The position numbers were made by a program, and so were the translations under genes. Shown here piece after piece: positions 1 through 14,341 of a stretch of 64,000 nucleotides of DNA. The first letter of the stretch is position 1, and every line of letters starts with the position of its first letter. The notes under the pieces were generated by a model. That model made no database searches and had not been told where the DNA came from. It saw only the letters and a list, made by a program, of their open reading frames with translations. Source of the stretch: the human T2T-CHM13v2.0 reference genome, Homo sapiens; assembly GCF_009914755.1 (NCBI RefSeq), contig NC_060938.1, one strand, 5' to 3'.

Positions 1-722
1 AGACATTAACAGAAACCAAGAATCACTTCTAGGGTGAAAAGAATCATGAAAGTGCTGAATTATATTCCTATGATTGGTACTTGGCATTAGTAATTTATTA
101 CCATCATTCAGCAGCCAGAGGGGCCCTGGACTGAAATGCAATCCATGGCCCATTTTTGTTCTTCTTTAGAGTGTTCTGGCCCAGTTCTATGTATGCTGAC
201 CAGCACGCCCATAAGCTTCATTGGCCCTTTCAGTGCAGGGGCCTTGGCTGTGGCATCTACAAGGGCATTTCCTTTTATATGGTCAGTCTCTCTTTTGATG
301 TCCTCTGCAATTAATTTTAGTCACTTTTTGGCAGCAAAGCAGCATTCTAACAAGCTCAAAATCTCAATGATGTTGTATGGAAAAGTCCTTGGGGATCAGG
401 AGTCCCTACCCATTCCAAATTGCAGCATAAGCATGAAGCACTAAAAAGTCATACTTGGAATCAGTGTAAATGTTAACTTTTAAATCCTTTGCCAACTGGA
501 GGGGCTGAGTAAGTTCAATTAACTCAGCATTTTGAGCTGAGGTCGAGGCCAGCAAGACTTGTGCCTTGATTCTCTTGTGCTGACTACTAATAGCATATCT
601 AGCCCTCCTGTTTTCCTGATGCATAAAACAACTTACATCTGTTAACCACTCTTCCTTGGGATGGTCAAGGGTCTCATCCTTCTTACGTCTGGTCTGCTAG
701 AATAAATTTGTTTCATAACCTG

Positions 723-1378
<656 letters not shown>

Positions 1379-4111
1379 ACCTGTATGCCAGAAAGGCTAG
1401 AAGCACCTGTGGACTCTGGCAGATAAGTAGCTGGGTTTATGGTTTGGCAGGCTTTAAGGATTATGTCTGGAGGGTCTAGCAATAAGGTCTGATACTTTCA
1501 TAAATGTTCTTGTATTATCCACTGCTTCACTTTAGCTTCTAGGACCACCTTCCCTTGGTGTGGGGTCAAAAACCTGTAGGTGCTGTTCTAATGTTAGTTT
1601 ATTAGCTTTGCCTGCTAGAAAAGTGGTAGCAGCAATAGCTCTAAGACATCAAGGCCACCCTGAGGCCACCTGGTCTATCTGCTTAGAAAATTAGGCTACT
1701 GGCCTTGGAATGCGCCCCAGTTTTGGGACAAGATTACCCAAGGCCTATGCCTTGCTTTTTGGTCACATAAAGAAAAATTGTTTATCCAACTTGGGGACTC
1801 CCACGGCTGCAGCAGAGCCCAATTTCTCCTTGAGAGTATTGAAGGTTTGCTTGCAGTTCTCATTACATTCTAGGAGCTCTAAATCTTTCCCTTTAGAGTA
1901 TCATATAAAGGCTTGGCTACATGCCCAAACCTGGGCACCCATAAGCAGCAGTACCCAGCCATCTCCTAAAAAAGCACACAGTCAATTTTTGGACAGGGAC
2001 CCTTGGGTGACTAAAATAACTTTTTTATCTTCTAGGGATGTTGATCAGTTCCAGAGGTTAAGACAGATTCCAAATATTTAAGTCTTTCAGTCAAAATCTG
2101 AGCCCTGTGTGGTGATGCCCTATATCTGTTACCAACTTAACAGTATTATTATGAGTCTTCTTTAGTTGGGCTAGCAATGAGCAAGTCACCTACATACTGA
2201 ATAATTGTGTCCCTTTCCAATTGTAGATTTGTTAAGTCCTTAGCTAGGGCATTTTCAAATAAGTGGGGGCTATCCAAGAACCCTTCAGAGATAACTGTCC
2301 AGGTTAGTTTTGAGGCAGAATGCATATCTGGATCAGTCCATTCAAAGGCAAATATATTATGAATCTGGATGCATTGAGATCCAGAAAAGTGCATCTTTCA
2401 GATATAAGAATGTAAACCAGCTTGCATCCCCTGGGACTTGGTAAGTATTGGGGACAATGAGGTCTATGGAGACAACTGCATTTCTTAATGCTCTAAGCGT
2501 TCTGACAAATCTGTACTTGCCATTAGGCTTTTTATCTGGTAACATGCGAGTATTGTAACGAGACTCTCATGGCCTTAATAACTCATATGGCAAGAATTAG
2601 GCAATAAGGGGTTGAATTTCCCCTCATGCTTCTTGCCTTAAAATATATTGTCTCTTCTGAGGTTGAGGAGCACTAGGCTGAAGTTGGATTCGAATGGGGA
2701 AGGTGTTTAGTGCGTTTCCCAGAGCCTGTGTGGCCCAAACCTCAAGATTTACTTGAGACAACACCTCAGGTGGTAAATGTGACAGCTGATTCTTAACTTC
2801 ATTTTTCCTCTGAGGGGTCAGGAACAAAAGTAACACTTTCTATGCTTTATAATCTGTGAAGGTGACCATGACTCGGTCTCCTGAGTCAATAAACCTCTAC
2901 CCAGTAAGAGATCAGGCAATCAGACAGTACTAAAAAGGCAGGCGAGAAACCTAGAGGCTCTGGAGGACAACTTAGAAGATACAAAAAGGAGTGTTTTGGG
3001 GCTAGTCCATCATTTGAAGACAGGAGCTCATTGTATTGAATCAGGACAGAGTCATCTGCTCCCACACCCAATATGAAGTTAATACCCCTACCTGCTACTT
3101 CAAGAGTCACCTGAGGCTCTTCCATCTCTCGATAGCTAATAGTCCAATGGAGGTGGAGGTAGGAAGTATCAGGCCCTGCCACTTTTGAGTCTGCTGGGCT
3201 CTGATGATGGCTCCCTTGGAAGCACAGTACATTTCCTTCGGCAGTGGCTGACATTCCTACAGAAGGCAAATTGATTTATATCAAAGGCACAGTGGCCCAG
3301 AGGCACAGACTGGGACTTTCACCTTCTCACTTCCTCTGTGAGGGCCAGGGGTTAAGGGGTTGCCTCTGAAGTGGTGGAGAGCACAAGGCTGCAGCTAGAA
3401 GCTGGGCCTCTTGGGAGATTTGCTTTATTTTACGTTTTCTCTGCCCAATTCCTGTGATGGAAAACTGCAAAATCCAAGTCTAAAATCCTATCCATGGGAG
3501 TCTGGAAGCCTAAGGCTGCTTTTGGCAGCTTCCTGCAGATATCAGAAGGAGACCGTGCTATAAATTAAACTCCTAGCAATGCCTGTCCCTTTTTGGAGTC
3601 AGGGTCAATGTTAGTGTATTTCCTCAAGGTCTAAATTATCCACCCTTGTAATAAGGCTAGGTTTTCATCTTTTCCCTGAGTAATTTTCCAGACTTTATTA
3701 AAATTAAAAAGCTGTATCACACTTTTTTTTTATTCCTTCACGGAGTCAAACGATCATAATTTTTTCTCTCTATATCCCATTTTCTTCCTAATTTATTTGT
3801 CTTTTCTAGATTCTAGTCCTCTTCTGGGTCCTAGTCAGGCACTGCTGTGCCTCCTACTTGATAGGTCTCATGCCCCTGGTTGCAGGCTGCCACCCTATTA
3901 GCATGTGCTCTAGCCAATCCCATCATACACTGCTTTTCTACCATGCAGCAGGTAAACATAAATATATGCAAATCCTGCCTGGTCAGATCATACGTCAAGG
4001 TTAGCCTTTTAAATTTGTCTATGAATTTTACCAGAACCTCTGAAAACTTTTTAAGTTTTTCCTTGCATAGGGCTAATTCAGTTGTAAAAAAGTGTACACA
4101 TACCTATATAG

Positions 4112-5075
4112 TGTGGGGAAAAGAAAGAGAGATCAGACTTCTACTGTGTCTATGTAGAAAGAAGTAGACATAAGAGACTCCATTTTGTTCTGTACTAAGA
4201 AAAATTCTTCTGCCTTGAGATGTTGTTAATCTGTAACCCTAGCCCCAACCCTGTGCTCACAGAAACATGTGCTGTGTCGACTCAAGGTTTAATGGATTTA
4301 GGGATATGCAGGATGTGCTTTGTTAAACAAATGCTTGAAGGCATCATGCTTGTTAAAAGTCATCACCACTCCCTACTCTCAAGGACCCAGCGACACAAAA
4401 CACTGCTGAAGGCCACAGGGACCTCTGCCTAGGAAAGTCAAGTATTGTCCAAGGTATCTCCCCATGTGATAGTCTGAAATATGGCCTCATGGGAGGGGAA
4501 GGACCTGACCATCCACCAGTCCGACACCTGTAAACGGTCTGTGCTGAGGAGGATTAGTAAAAGAGGAAGGCCTCTTTGCAGTTGAGATAAGACAAAGCCA
4601 TCTGTCTCCTGCTCGTCCCTGGGCAATGGAATGTCTCCTTGTAAAACCCGATTGTATATTCCACCTACTGAGATAGGAGAAAACTGCCATAGGGCTGGAG
4701 GTGAGACATGCTGGAGGCAATACTGCTCTTTAAGGCATTGAGGTGTTTATGTATATGCACATCGAAAGCACAGCACTTTTTTCTTTACCTTGTTTATGAT
4801 GCAGAGACATTTGCTCACATGTTTTCCTGCTGACTCTCTCTCCACTGTTACCCTATTGTCCTGCCACATCCACCTCTCTGAGAAATGCCCGATAATCATC
4901 AATAAATACTAAGGAAACTCAGAGAGTGGTGCCGGCGCTGGTCCTCCCTATGCTGAGCGCTGGTCCCCTGGGCCCACTTTTTCTCTTTACTTTGTCTCTG
5001 CGTCTCTTTTCACAAGTCTCTTGTTCCACCTGATGAGAAACGCCCACAGGTGTGGAGGGACAGGCCACCCCTTCA
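4112..5075 (+). mobile_element. HERV-K (HML-2) solo LTR5, older LTR5A/B-like
   Basis: Starts tgtggggaaaagaaagagagatcag and ends ggccaccccttca, ~964 bp, with aataaa near 4901. 6-bp TSD atatag/atatgg. Confidence 0.9.
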
Positions 5076-6430
5076 ATATGGTGTTCCTATTATCATCTGT
5101 CACTTCCCAGAGAGGGCAAACATTCAACTTTGCCAGCTGATAAGAGGCCCCACTGCATGTTGTTCTGGTGAAGCTCGGGTGTTTTGAGAGTGGGGTATGT
5201 ACGTAAGACAGGACTCGAAGGGCAGGGAGAAGATGATGACCGGTCACTAGATAACCCTGGAAAACTAGAAGAAATTAATAACATGTTGCACACCTCACTA
5301 GAACTGGAAGGAGTCTGTGTTCTTATGGGGCGCTTGGACTGGTAGGTGGATTTCAGACCCAGCTAAGAAAAGCCTAACATTAAGAGGCACTTGCATTAAA
5401 ATGGTAATCAATTACGTGCCGACCTTATTTTGTCTTTTCCTCCATCAAACATATAGAAGTCCATTTTAATTTTTTATCCTGACCAAGCATCAGAGAAGCC
5501 TGTATATAATGTATTTCCTCCCTCTTAGTTTCTCTTCTATAAAACAAATTAAGCTGCAAAATAGGAGTCAGATCAAACAGGGGAAATGGGAAGGATGTAA
5601 CTTGTATATTGTAATGTATTAGTCCATTTTCACACTGCTATGACAAAACTGACAAAACTCTCTCAGGAAAAAAGTGACATGCTGGGTTTAGAAAGTAGAG
5701 TCCAGCTGCCCTATACCAGCTTATCAAAGATGGCGTTATGGCTAAGAAATGAGAGAAAACTGTTAAGAAAAAGTCTCATGTTCTCAATCTTGAGGGTAAT
5801 TGTTTGCAGAGGGTTGTCATAAAAGAGGCTGTCACTAAACAGGCATGTCTGATCTTATCATGTAGAGCTCTTAAATACCACATTTCCACTTCTAGTCATA
5901 ATGATGGCGAGGTTACTGCTGATCTTTTTGAATAATTAAGGTACAAAAATACTAGGTTCCAAGACAATTCTTTTTTTCAGTGTCACTTGGACCAGTGGCA
6001 AATTAAACAGGCATTCAGATAAGAGTCAGAGGATCGCTGAGGAAAGTAAAAGCTAAACTGCTTGGGGCCTCTGTCCTGGGGCAGCCTCCAGGCTACTACA
6101 AAACAGAGGTGGTGAGCAGAAAGGTGACAAGATGTAGAGCACTCAGGTGAGGGACAGAGAGCACAAGGTGGACAGTCCAAAAAGAGAAAGTGGCAAACAT
6201 CTGTTTAGCCAAATCCATTCTTCTCAATATTCCCCAGGGCCTCTAACTCTGTGGGCTTGGCCTCTAATCTGAGTATGATAATAGTGGATAATCATTCTTG
6301 CCCACCAGAATGGCTTCACGAATCTAAAAGACAGCCCACTTGCCAGGTGTCAGCTGATTGATTCTGTGTGGATTGTTTTCCTTGGAGTGGGGGTCTTGTC
6401 TTGGTGTCCATTCATGGTGTTGCTGAAAGA

Positions 6431-6995
6431 TGTTGCTGGAAAAGAGGGTCCTGATACAGACCACAAAGTAGGATTCTTAGATTTTCTGCAGGCAAAAATT
6501 TGAGGTGAGTCAGAGAGCACAGTGAAAGAAGCAAGTTTATTAGAAATTACTCCATTACAGAGTTGGACATCCTCAGAAAACAAGAGCAGGAATGCATTGT
6601 CTTTTGTTAGTGTGTCTACTTATAAGTAACTATAAAGAGAAAGTGTTATAATTAAACTTGGAAGGTGCAGATGTAGTCACTAAAGTCGGGGCTATTGGTT
6701 TTAACAATAACCATTAACCCATTGACCTAAGCTAGTTCATTAATAATATCCTTACAAAAAAATTCTGCACTCCTAGGACATTTATACATTTTTTCAGGCT
6801 TTGTGGAAGATGTCTTGTATGACCACAAATATTCTGCAATTGTAATTTGTGGCCATTTAAAAAATGTGACTATTTTCAGACCATGAACATTAACCTTCTA
6901 GATGCCTTGTGAGTACCTAGCTACTCATATTAAGATAGAATATTCTAGTCATGTTTATTAAACTAGAAGCTAGGTAACCATGAGTTCCTCTAACA
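6431..6995 (-). mobile_element. ERV1 (MER4-group-like) LTR, probable 5' LTR of the provirus at 1-6430
   Basis: tgtt...aaca termini. Minus-strand poly(A) signal (tttatt at ~6536). Followed on the minus strand by a PBS-like sequence and gag. Confidence 0.7.
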
Positions 6996-7218
6996 CAACA
7001 AGTCTACTCCTCAAGGAGAAAATGTATTTCTAGGGAATTTTGTGCATTTTGTTTGATGGCATTTGGTATGTTTACCAAAATGGCAGAAAAGAGTGAAATT
7101 AGTCCTCAAAGATTTCTCAAGATTGGATATAAAGTAAACAAAATGATTATAGTTAATATGCAAGTTGATACAGTTGATATTCAAAAGAAATTTTGTTTGA
7201 AACACAATGAGATTTTTA

Positions 7219-7542
7219 TTTTTACTTATTTATTATTATTATTATTATTATTACTATTATTTTGAGACAGAGTCTTGTTCTGTTGAACAGGCTGGAGTTC
7301 AGTGCACCATCTTGGCTCACTGAAACCTGCCCCTCCCGGGTTCAAGCAATTCTCCTGCCTCAGTCTCCCAAGTAGCCGGGATTACAGGCGTGAATCACCA
7401 CACCCAGCTAATATTTGTATCTTTAGTAGAGATGGGGTTTCACTGTCGGCCAGGCTGGTCTCAAACCCCTGACAACAAGTGATCTGCCCACCTTGGCCTC
7501 CCAAATTGCTGGGATTACAGGCATGAGCCATCACTCCCAGCC
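7219..7542 (-). mobile_element. Alu (S-like)
   Basis: Antisense Alu with (tta)n tail. Flanking acaatga repeats. Confidence 0.9.
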
Positions 7543-7867
7543 ACAATGATGATTTTAAATGATTCTGATTTCCTGCTGTTGAGCAGGGAGCTGAGCAAAT
7601 TCAACAGATCATGGGCCTAAACTAGGGGAAGACTGAGGACAAACTCTAGAACACATGTGATTAAATTAATTACAATGGAAACCAAATCAAATTTAATAAG
7701 GCTGTACCACTTAATTGCAAGATGTTTCCCCTCATTTTGAAATGTGGTGTTATTCCATAGAAAAGAAAACTAGTGTTTATCTCCAGAGTAAAGAACAGGG
7801 TTCCCTGCAGGGATTGATTGACTGAGAAATATGGCTCCGGATTGAAAATCCTTCTTTTTTCCATATA

Positions 7868-8000
7868 TAAACTAAAAATAAATTTCTAAACCCCTGTTGA
7901 CTAAATGGACCTCTCTTCTTGGATAAGGACATTCCAAAGTTAACCTGAAAAGCTAGTTCAAGCCATGGGTCACACATGCCTCATTATACTCTCCTCCCTT
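7868..8000 (+). mobile_element. MER4-type LTR 5' fragment
   Basis: taaactaaaaataaatttctaaacccc...aaagttaacctgaaaagctagttca resembles the recalled MER4 LTR start. Confidence 0.5.
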
Positions 8001-9043
8001 TGGTTTTAATTTTAATTTCAATTTCAATTTTTAATTTATTTTTGTGGGTGCATAGTTGGTGTATATATTTATGGGGGTACATGACATACTTTGATGTAGT
8101 CATGCAATGAGTAATACATAATAAAAAACGGAGTATCTCTCCTCACAAGCATTTATAGCTTGTGTTATAAACAATCCAATTATACTCTTTTAGTTTTTTT
8201 ACATGTGGAATTATTTTTGACTATAATCACCCTGTTGTGCTATCAAATGCTGTCTTATTCATTCTTTCTAACAATTTTTTTTTACCCATTTAGCATCCCC
8301 ACTATTCTCTTGTTTCCTCCCTGCCCTTGCCAGCCTCTGGTAACCATCCTTATACTCTCTTTTTCTATGACACCAATTGTTTTGAATTTTAGCACCCACA
8401 AATAAGTGAGAACATGTGACATTTGTCTTTCTGTGCCTGACATTTCACTTAACATAAAGACATTCATTTCCATTTATGTTATTGCAAATGGCAGGCTCTC
8501 ATTCTTTCTTACAGCTGAATAGTACTCCATTGTGTATAAGTACCATATTTTCTCTATCCAGTCATCTGTTGATGGACATTTAGGTTCCTTCCAAATCTTG
8601 GCTATTATAAACCCTGCTGTAGCAAACATGAGAGTGCCAATAGGTCTTTGATTAACCAATTTTATTTCTTGTAGGCATATACTGAGCAGTGGAATTGCTG
8701 GAACATATAGTAGCTCTATTTTTAGTTATATCAGGAACATCCAAACTGTCCTTAAATGTGCTCCCAACAGCAGTGTACAAGGGTTCCCTTCACTCCACAT
8801 ACACACCAGCATTTTTTTTTCACTGTCTTCTGGATAAAAGCCACCTTAATTGGGGTGAAATGATATCTCATTTTGGGTTTGATTTGCATTTCTATGATGA
8901 TCAGTAATGTGGAGCACCTTTTCATTTGCCTGTTTCACATTTATATGTCTTCTTTTCATAAATGTCTATTTAAATTTTTTGTCCACTCTTTATTTGGGTT
9001 ATTACTTTTTTCTATAGAATTTTTTGAACTCAATATATTGTAG

Positions 9044-9711
9044 TGTATTAGTCTTTTTCTGTACTGTTATTAAAAATACCTGAGACTGTGTTATCTATTT
9101 ATTTACTGAGATGAAGTCTTGATCTGTTGCCCAGGCTGAAGTGCAGTTGTGCAATCTCGGCTCACTGCAACCTCCCCTCTTGATTCAAGCAATTCTCTGC
9201 CTCAGCCTCCTGAGTAGCTGGGATTACAGGCACCTGCCACCATGCCTGGCTAATTTTTGTATTTTTAGTAGAGACGGGGTTTCACCATCTTGGCCAGGCT
9301 GGTCTTGAACTCCTGACCTCGTGATCCACCCGCCTCAGCCTCCTAAAGTGGTGAGATTACAGGCATGAGCCACCGCACCTGGCAAGACTGGGTAACTTAT
9401 AAAGGAAATGGGTTTAATTGACTCACAGTTCCACATGGCCGGGGAGGCCTCAGGAAACTTACAATAATGGCAGATGGGGAAGCAGGCACCTCTTACATGA
9501 CAGCAGGCGAGAGAGCCTGTATGTGAAGCAAAGAAGGAAGAGTCCCTTATAAAACCATCAGATCTCATGAGAAATCACTCATTATCAGAAGAACAGCATG
9601 GGGGAAACCACCCCCATGATCCAATCGCCTTCTACCAAGTCTCTCCCTCAACATCTGGGGATTACAATTCAATATGAGATTTAGGTGGGGACACAAATCC
9701 TAACCATATCA
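9044..9711 (-). mobile_element. MSTA-type MaLR solo LTR containing an Alu
   Basis: tgtattagtc...aaccatatca termini. TSD tgtag/tgcag. Confidence 0.85.
9092..9383 (-). mobile_element. Alu (S-like)
   Basis: Antisense Alu body inside the MST LTR. Confidence 0.9.
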
Positions 9712-10129
9712 TGCAGCTATTAATTGTTTTCAGATGGATAATTTACAAATATTTTCTCCCATTGTGTGGATTTTCTCTTCACTTGTTTCTTGTTTCCTTC
9801 ACTTTAAAAAGGCTTTCTGACTTTCTGTAATCCCATTTGTCCATGTTTGTTTTGGTTGTCTGTGCTTCTGGGGCATTATTTAAGGAATTTTTACCCAAAC
9901 CAATGCCCTAAAGAGTTTCCCCAATGCTTTCTTGTAAAAGTTTGATGGTTTGAGGCATTAGGTTTAAGTCTTTAATTCATTTTAATTTGATTTTTGTAAG
10001 TGGCAAGAAATAGGGTTCTAGTTTTATTCTTCTGCCAATGGCTTGCCAGTTTTCCCAGCCCTATTTATTACAAAAACTGTCTCATTTTTATTGTGTGTTC
10101 TTGGCACTTTTGTTGAAAATTAATTTAGC

Positions 10130-10336
10130 TGTCCCTCCCATAGGATTCCAGAACGCTGCTGGGTTCTAAATGTTTGTCACATAAGATTCCAGAACACTGC
10201 TACGAGGGTCTGAATGTTTGTTCCTCACAGGGGATTCCAGAACACTCCTGCTGTGGTCTGAATGTTTGTCCCTCACATAGGATTCCAGTACACTGCTGTG
10301 AGGATCTGAATGTTTGTCCCTCATACAGAATGCCAG
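10130..10336. repeat. CER (48-bp centromeric) satellite fragment, about 4 units
   Basis: Repeated ttccagaacactgct...ggtctgaatgtttgtccctcacatagga with ~48-bp period. Confidence 0.85.
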
Positions 10337-10650
10337 TTTTCCCAGCCCTATTTATTACAAAAACTGTCTTATTTTTTATTGTATGTTCTTGACACTTTTG
10401 TTGAAAATTGATTTAGCAGTATGAGTTTGTTTCTAAGGTCTCTATTTCGTTCCATCTCTCTTTATGTCTGTTTTTATGCTAGTGTCATGCTGTTTTAATT
10501 ACTATAACTTAGTAGTATAATTTAAAACCAGGTAATGGAATTCCTCCAGTTTTGTTTTATATACTCAGCATAGTTTGGCTATTATGGTGTGTGATGTTTC
10601 CATATAAATTTCAGAATTTTTTTTCTATATCTGTGAGGAATGTCTTCTTC

Positions 10651-10942
10651 TTCTTTTTTTTTAGATGGCGTCTTGCTCTGTCACCTAGACTGGAGTGCAG
10701 TGATGTGACCTCGACACACTGCAACCTCCACCACCTGGGTTCAAGCAATTCTTTGACTCAGCCTCCTGAGTAGCTGGGATTACAGGCACCTGTCACCATG
10801 CCTGGCTAATTTTTTGTACTTTTAGTAGAGGAGGGGTTTCACCAAGTTGGCCAGGCTGATCTTGAGCTCTTGACCTCATGATCCACCAACTTTGGCCTCC
10901 CAAAGTGCTGGGATTACAGGCATGAGCCATTGCCCCTGGCCT
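10651..10942 (-). mobile_element. Alu (S-like)
   Basis: Antisense Alu with poly-T. Confidence 0.9.
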
Positions 10943-11285
10943 GTTATTTTGATAGAGATGGCATGAAATGTATAGATTGCTATGGATTGTATGGACATTT
11001 TAAAAATACTGATTCTTCCAATCTGTGAACATAAACATATCTTTCCAATTTTGGGGTCCTTTTTCATGTCTTTTATCAGTGTTTTACAGTTTTAATTGTT
11101 GAGAACTTTTATTTCTTTGGTAAATTCCCACACATTTTATTTGTGGCTACTGCAAATAGTATTACATTTTTGAATTCTTTTTCAGTTTGTTGACTGTTGG
11201 CATATAGAAATCCTACTGATTTGTATATGTTGATTTGTATTCTGCAAATTTACTCAAGTTATTACTTCTAATAGTTTTTGGTGGA

Positions 11286-13607
11286 TGTATTAGGCCATTC
11301 TCATATTGCTATAAAAAGTAATTAGTGACTGGTTAATTTATAAAGAAAATAGGTTTAATTGGTTCATGGTTCTACACGCTGTACAGAAAGCATAGCACTG
11401 GCTTCTGCTTCTGGGGACGCCTCTGACAACTGACAAGGCGAAAAATAAATCTGGTGCTCGCACATCACATGGTAAGTGCGAGGGCAGGTGGGAAGTGTGA
11501 CACACACTTGTAGATAACCAGCTCTGATAAAAACTTACTATTGTGGGAATGGCACCAAAGGAAATGATGCCAAACTGTTCATGGAAATCTTGCCCTCATG
11601 ATTCAATCACCTCCCCTCTAGGCCCACTTCCAACATTGAGAATTATATTTCAATATAAGATTTTGGTGGGAATACACATCCAAACTGTATCATTTTGCTC
11701 CCGGCCATTCCAAATTTCATATCCTTCTCATATTTCAAAATGCAATCATGACTTCCCAATAATCCCCAAAGTCTTAACTGATTTCAGCCTTAACTCAAAA
11801 GTCAAAAGTCTCATCTAAGACAAGGCTAATTTCTTCCTCCTATAAGCCTGTAAAATAAAAAAAAAAAAACAAGTGAGGTTCTTCCAAGATACAAATGAGG
11901 CAGAGGCATTGGGTAAATACTCCTATTCTAAAATGAAGAAATCAGCCAAAAGAAAGGGGCCACAGGACCCATGAAATTCTGAAACCCAGAAGGGCAGTTA
12001 TTGAATTATAAGGCTCCAAAATAATTATTTTTGACTCTGTGTCCCATTTCCAGGGCACACTAATGCTTTGGGAAGGTTCTACCTGGAGGACAGTGATCCT
12101 CTCCTCACAGATCTACTAGGCCATGACCTTTTGGGGAGCCTGCCTGGGGACTGTCATCCCACATTTCTTTTCTCCATTGTTTTAGTAGAGGATCTCCATG
12201 AGGGCTTTACCCCTGCAGCATGCTTCTGCCTGCATACCCTGGCTTTTTCATACATCATTTGAAATAAAGGTGGAGGCTCCCAAGTCTCAACTACTTGCAT
12301 TTGGTAAACCCACAGGCCTAACACCACATGGAAGCTACCAAGGTTATGGCTTGCACCCTCTGAAGCAGTGACTGGAGTTGTAACTGGGTCAACTTGAGCT
12401 ACACCTGGAGGTGAAGCAGTGGCCAGGATGCAGGGAGCCTTGTTCCAAAGCTACCCAAGGCAGCAGGTCCTAGGCCTGATCCCAGAAACTATTCTCTTCT
12501 TTTAGGCCTCAGGGCCTATGATGGGGAGCTGCCTTTTAGATTTCTAAAATGCCTTCAATTCCTCTTTCCCATTGTCTTGGCTATCAACACTTGCTTTTTT
12601 TTAGGTTATACAAATATCTCTAACAAGTTGTTGACCCATATCCTGCTTGAGTTCCTCTCTTATAAAAGCTTTGTATATTTCAGCCACACGACTAGGCTGC
12701 TAATTTTCAAGGTTTTACACTATGCTTCTTTTGTAAGTATAAGTTACTACTTATTTTATTATTTTTTTTTTTTTGCTAGATCATGTGAGCATAGGTTGTT
12801 AGAAGCAGCCAGGCCACATCACAAATTTTTCCAACAGAAAACCTAAATCATCAATTTCAAATTCAAACTTTTATATATCCCTAGGGCATGACAGAAATTC
12901 AGCCAACAACTTTGCTAAGACAACATGCATGGCCTTTCTTTCAGTCCCAATAAGTTTCTAGTTTTCATCTGAGACCTCCTCAGCCCAGCCTTCACTGTCC
13001 AGATCACTATCAGCATTTTGGTCACAGACATTCAACCAGTCTCTAAGAAAATCTCAACTTTCCCTCATTTTTCTGTCTTCTGAATCCTACAAACTGTTCC
13101 AACTTCTGCCTGTTTACCCAATTACAAAGCTGATTCCACATTTTGGGGTATTCTTATAACCATTTTCCATTCCTTGGTGCCAATTTTCTGTCTTAAGCTA
13201 TTTTTGCATCACTATTAGAGTGGGACTGTATAATTTATTTTTTACAAAGCAGGTTTAAGTGGCTTATGATTCTACAGGCTGTAGAGAAGACATAGCACTG
13301 GAATATGCTTCTGGGGAGGTCTCTGGAAGTTTACAGTCATGGCAGAAGTTGAAGCAGAATCTTGCACATCACAGGGCAAAAAGAAGGAGCAAAAAACAGA
13401 AGGGCGAGTTGTTACACAGTTTTAAATAACCAGATCTTATGGGAACTCACTCACTATCAGGAGGATAGCACCAAATGGGATGGTGCTAAGCCATTTATCA
13501 GTAATCCACCCCAATAGTTAAATCACCTTTCACCAGGTCCATCTCCAACATTGAGAATTACATTTAAATATGAGATTTGGGAGGGGACACACATTCAAAC
13601 CCTATCA
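11286..13607 (-). mobile_element. Complete MST-type MaLR element (LTR - internal - LTR)
   Basis: LTRs at ~11286-11692 and ~13189-13607, both ending tatca, around a ~1.5-kb internal region. TSD gtgga/gagga. Confidence 0.8.
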
Positions 13608-14014
13608 GAGGAGTCTTTATGCTTTTTCCAATATAAGATTATATCGTTGGCAAAAAAAAAAAAAGGTAATTTGACTTCTTTTCCAGTTGGGATGCGGTTT
13701 ATTGCTTTCTTCTGTCTGATTGCTCCAGATAGCACTTTCAGCATTATGTTGAATAACAGTGGTAAAAGTGGACATTCTTGTCATCTTCCAGTTTTAAGAA
13801 GAAAGGCTTTTAGTTTTTCCCCACTTAGTGTGATACTAGCTGTGGGTCTGTCATATAAGACTTTTATTATGTGGGTCTGTCATATATGACTTTTATTATA
13901 TTGAGGTATGTTCATTACATACCCAGTTTTCAAAGGGTTTTTTATTATTAAAGAATATTAAATTTTATCAAAAATTTTTTAGCATAATTGAAATTATTAT
14001 ATGGATTTTGTCCT

Positions 14015-14341
14015 TGTTTTTTTTTTGTTTTGTTTTGTTTTTTTTTTGTTTTTTTTTTGAGATGAAGTCTCCCTCTGTCACCCAGGCTGGAGTGCAATGG
14101 CATGGTCTCAGCTCAATGCAAACTCTGCCTCCTGGGTTCAAGTGATTCTCCTTCTTCAGCCTCCTGAGTATCTGGGATCACAGGTGCCCACCACCATGCC
14201 TGACAAATTTTTGTAATTTTAGTAGAGACGGGGCTTTGCCATGTTGATCAGACTGGTTTCATACTCCTGACTGCAGGTGATCCACCCAGCTTGGCTTCCC
14301 AAATTGCTGGGATTACAGGTGTAAGCCACTGTGCCTGGTCC
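14015..14341 (-). mobile_element. Alu (S-like)
   Basis: Antisense Alu with long T-rich tail. Confidence 0.9.
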
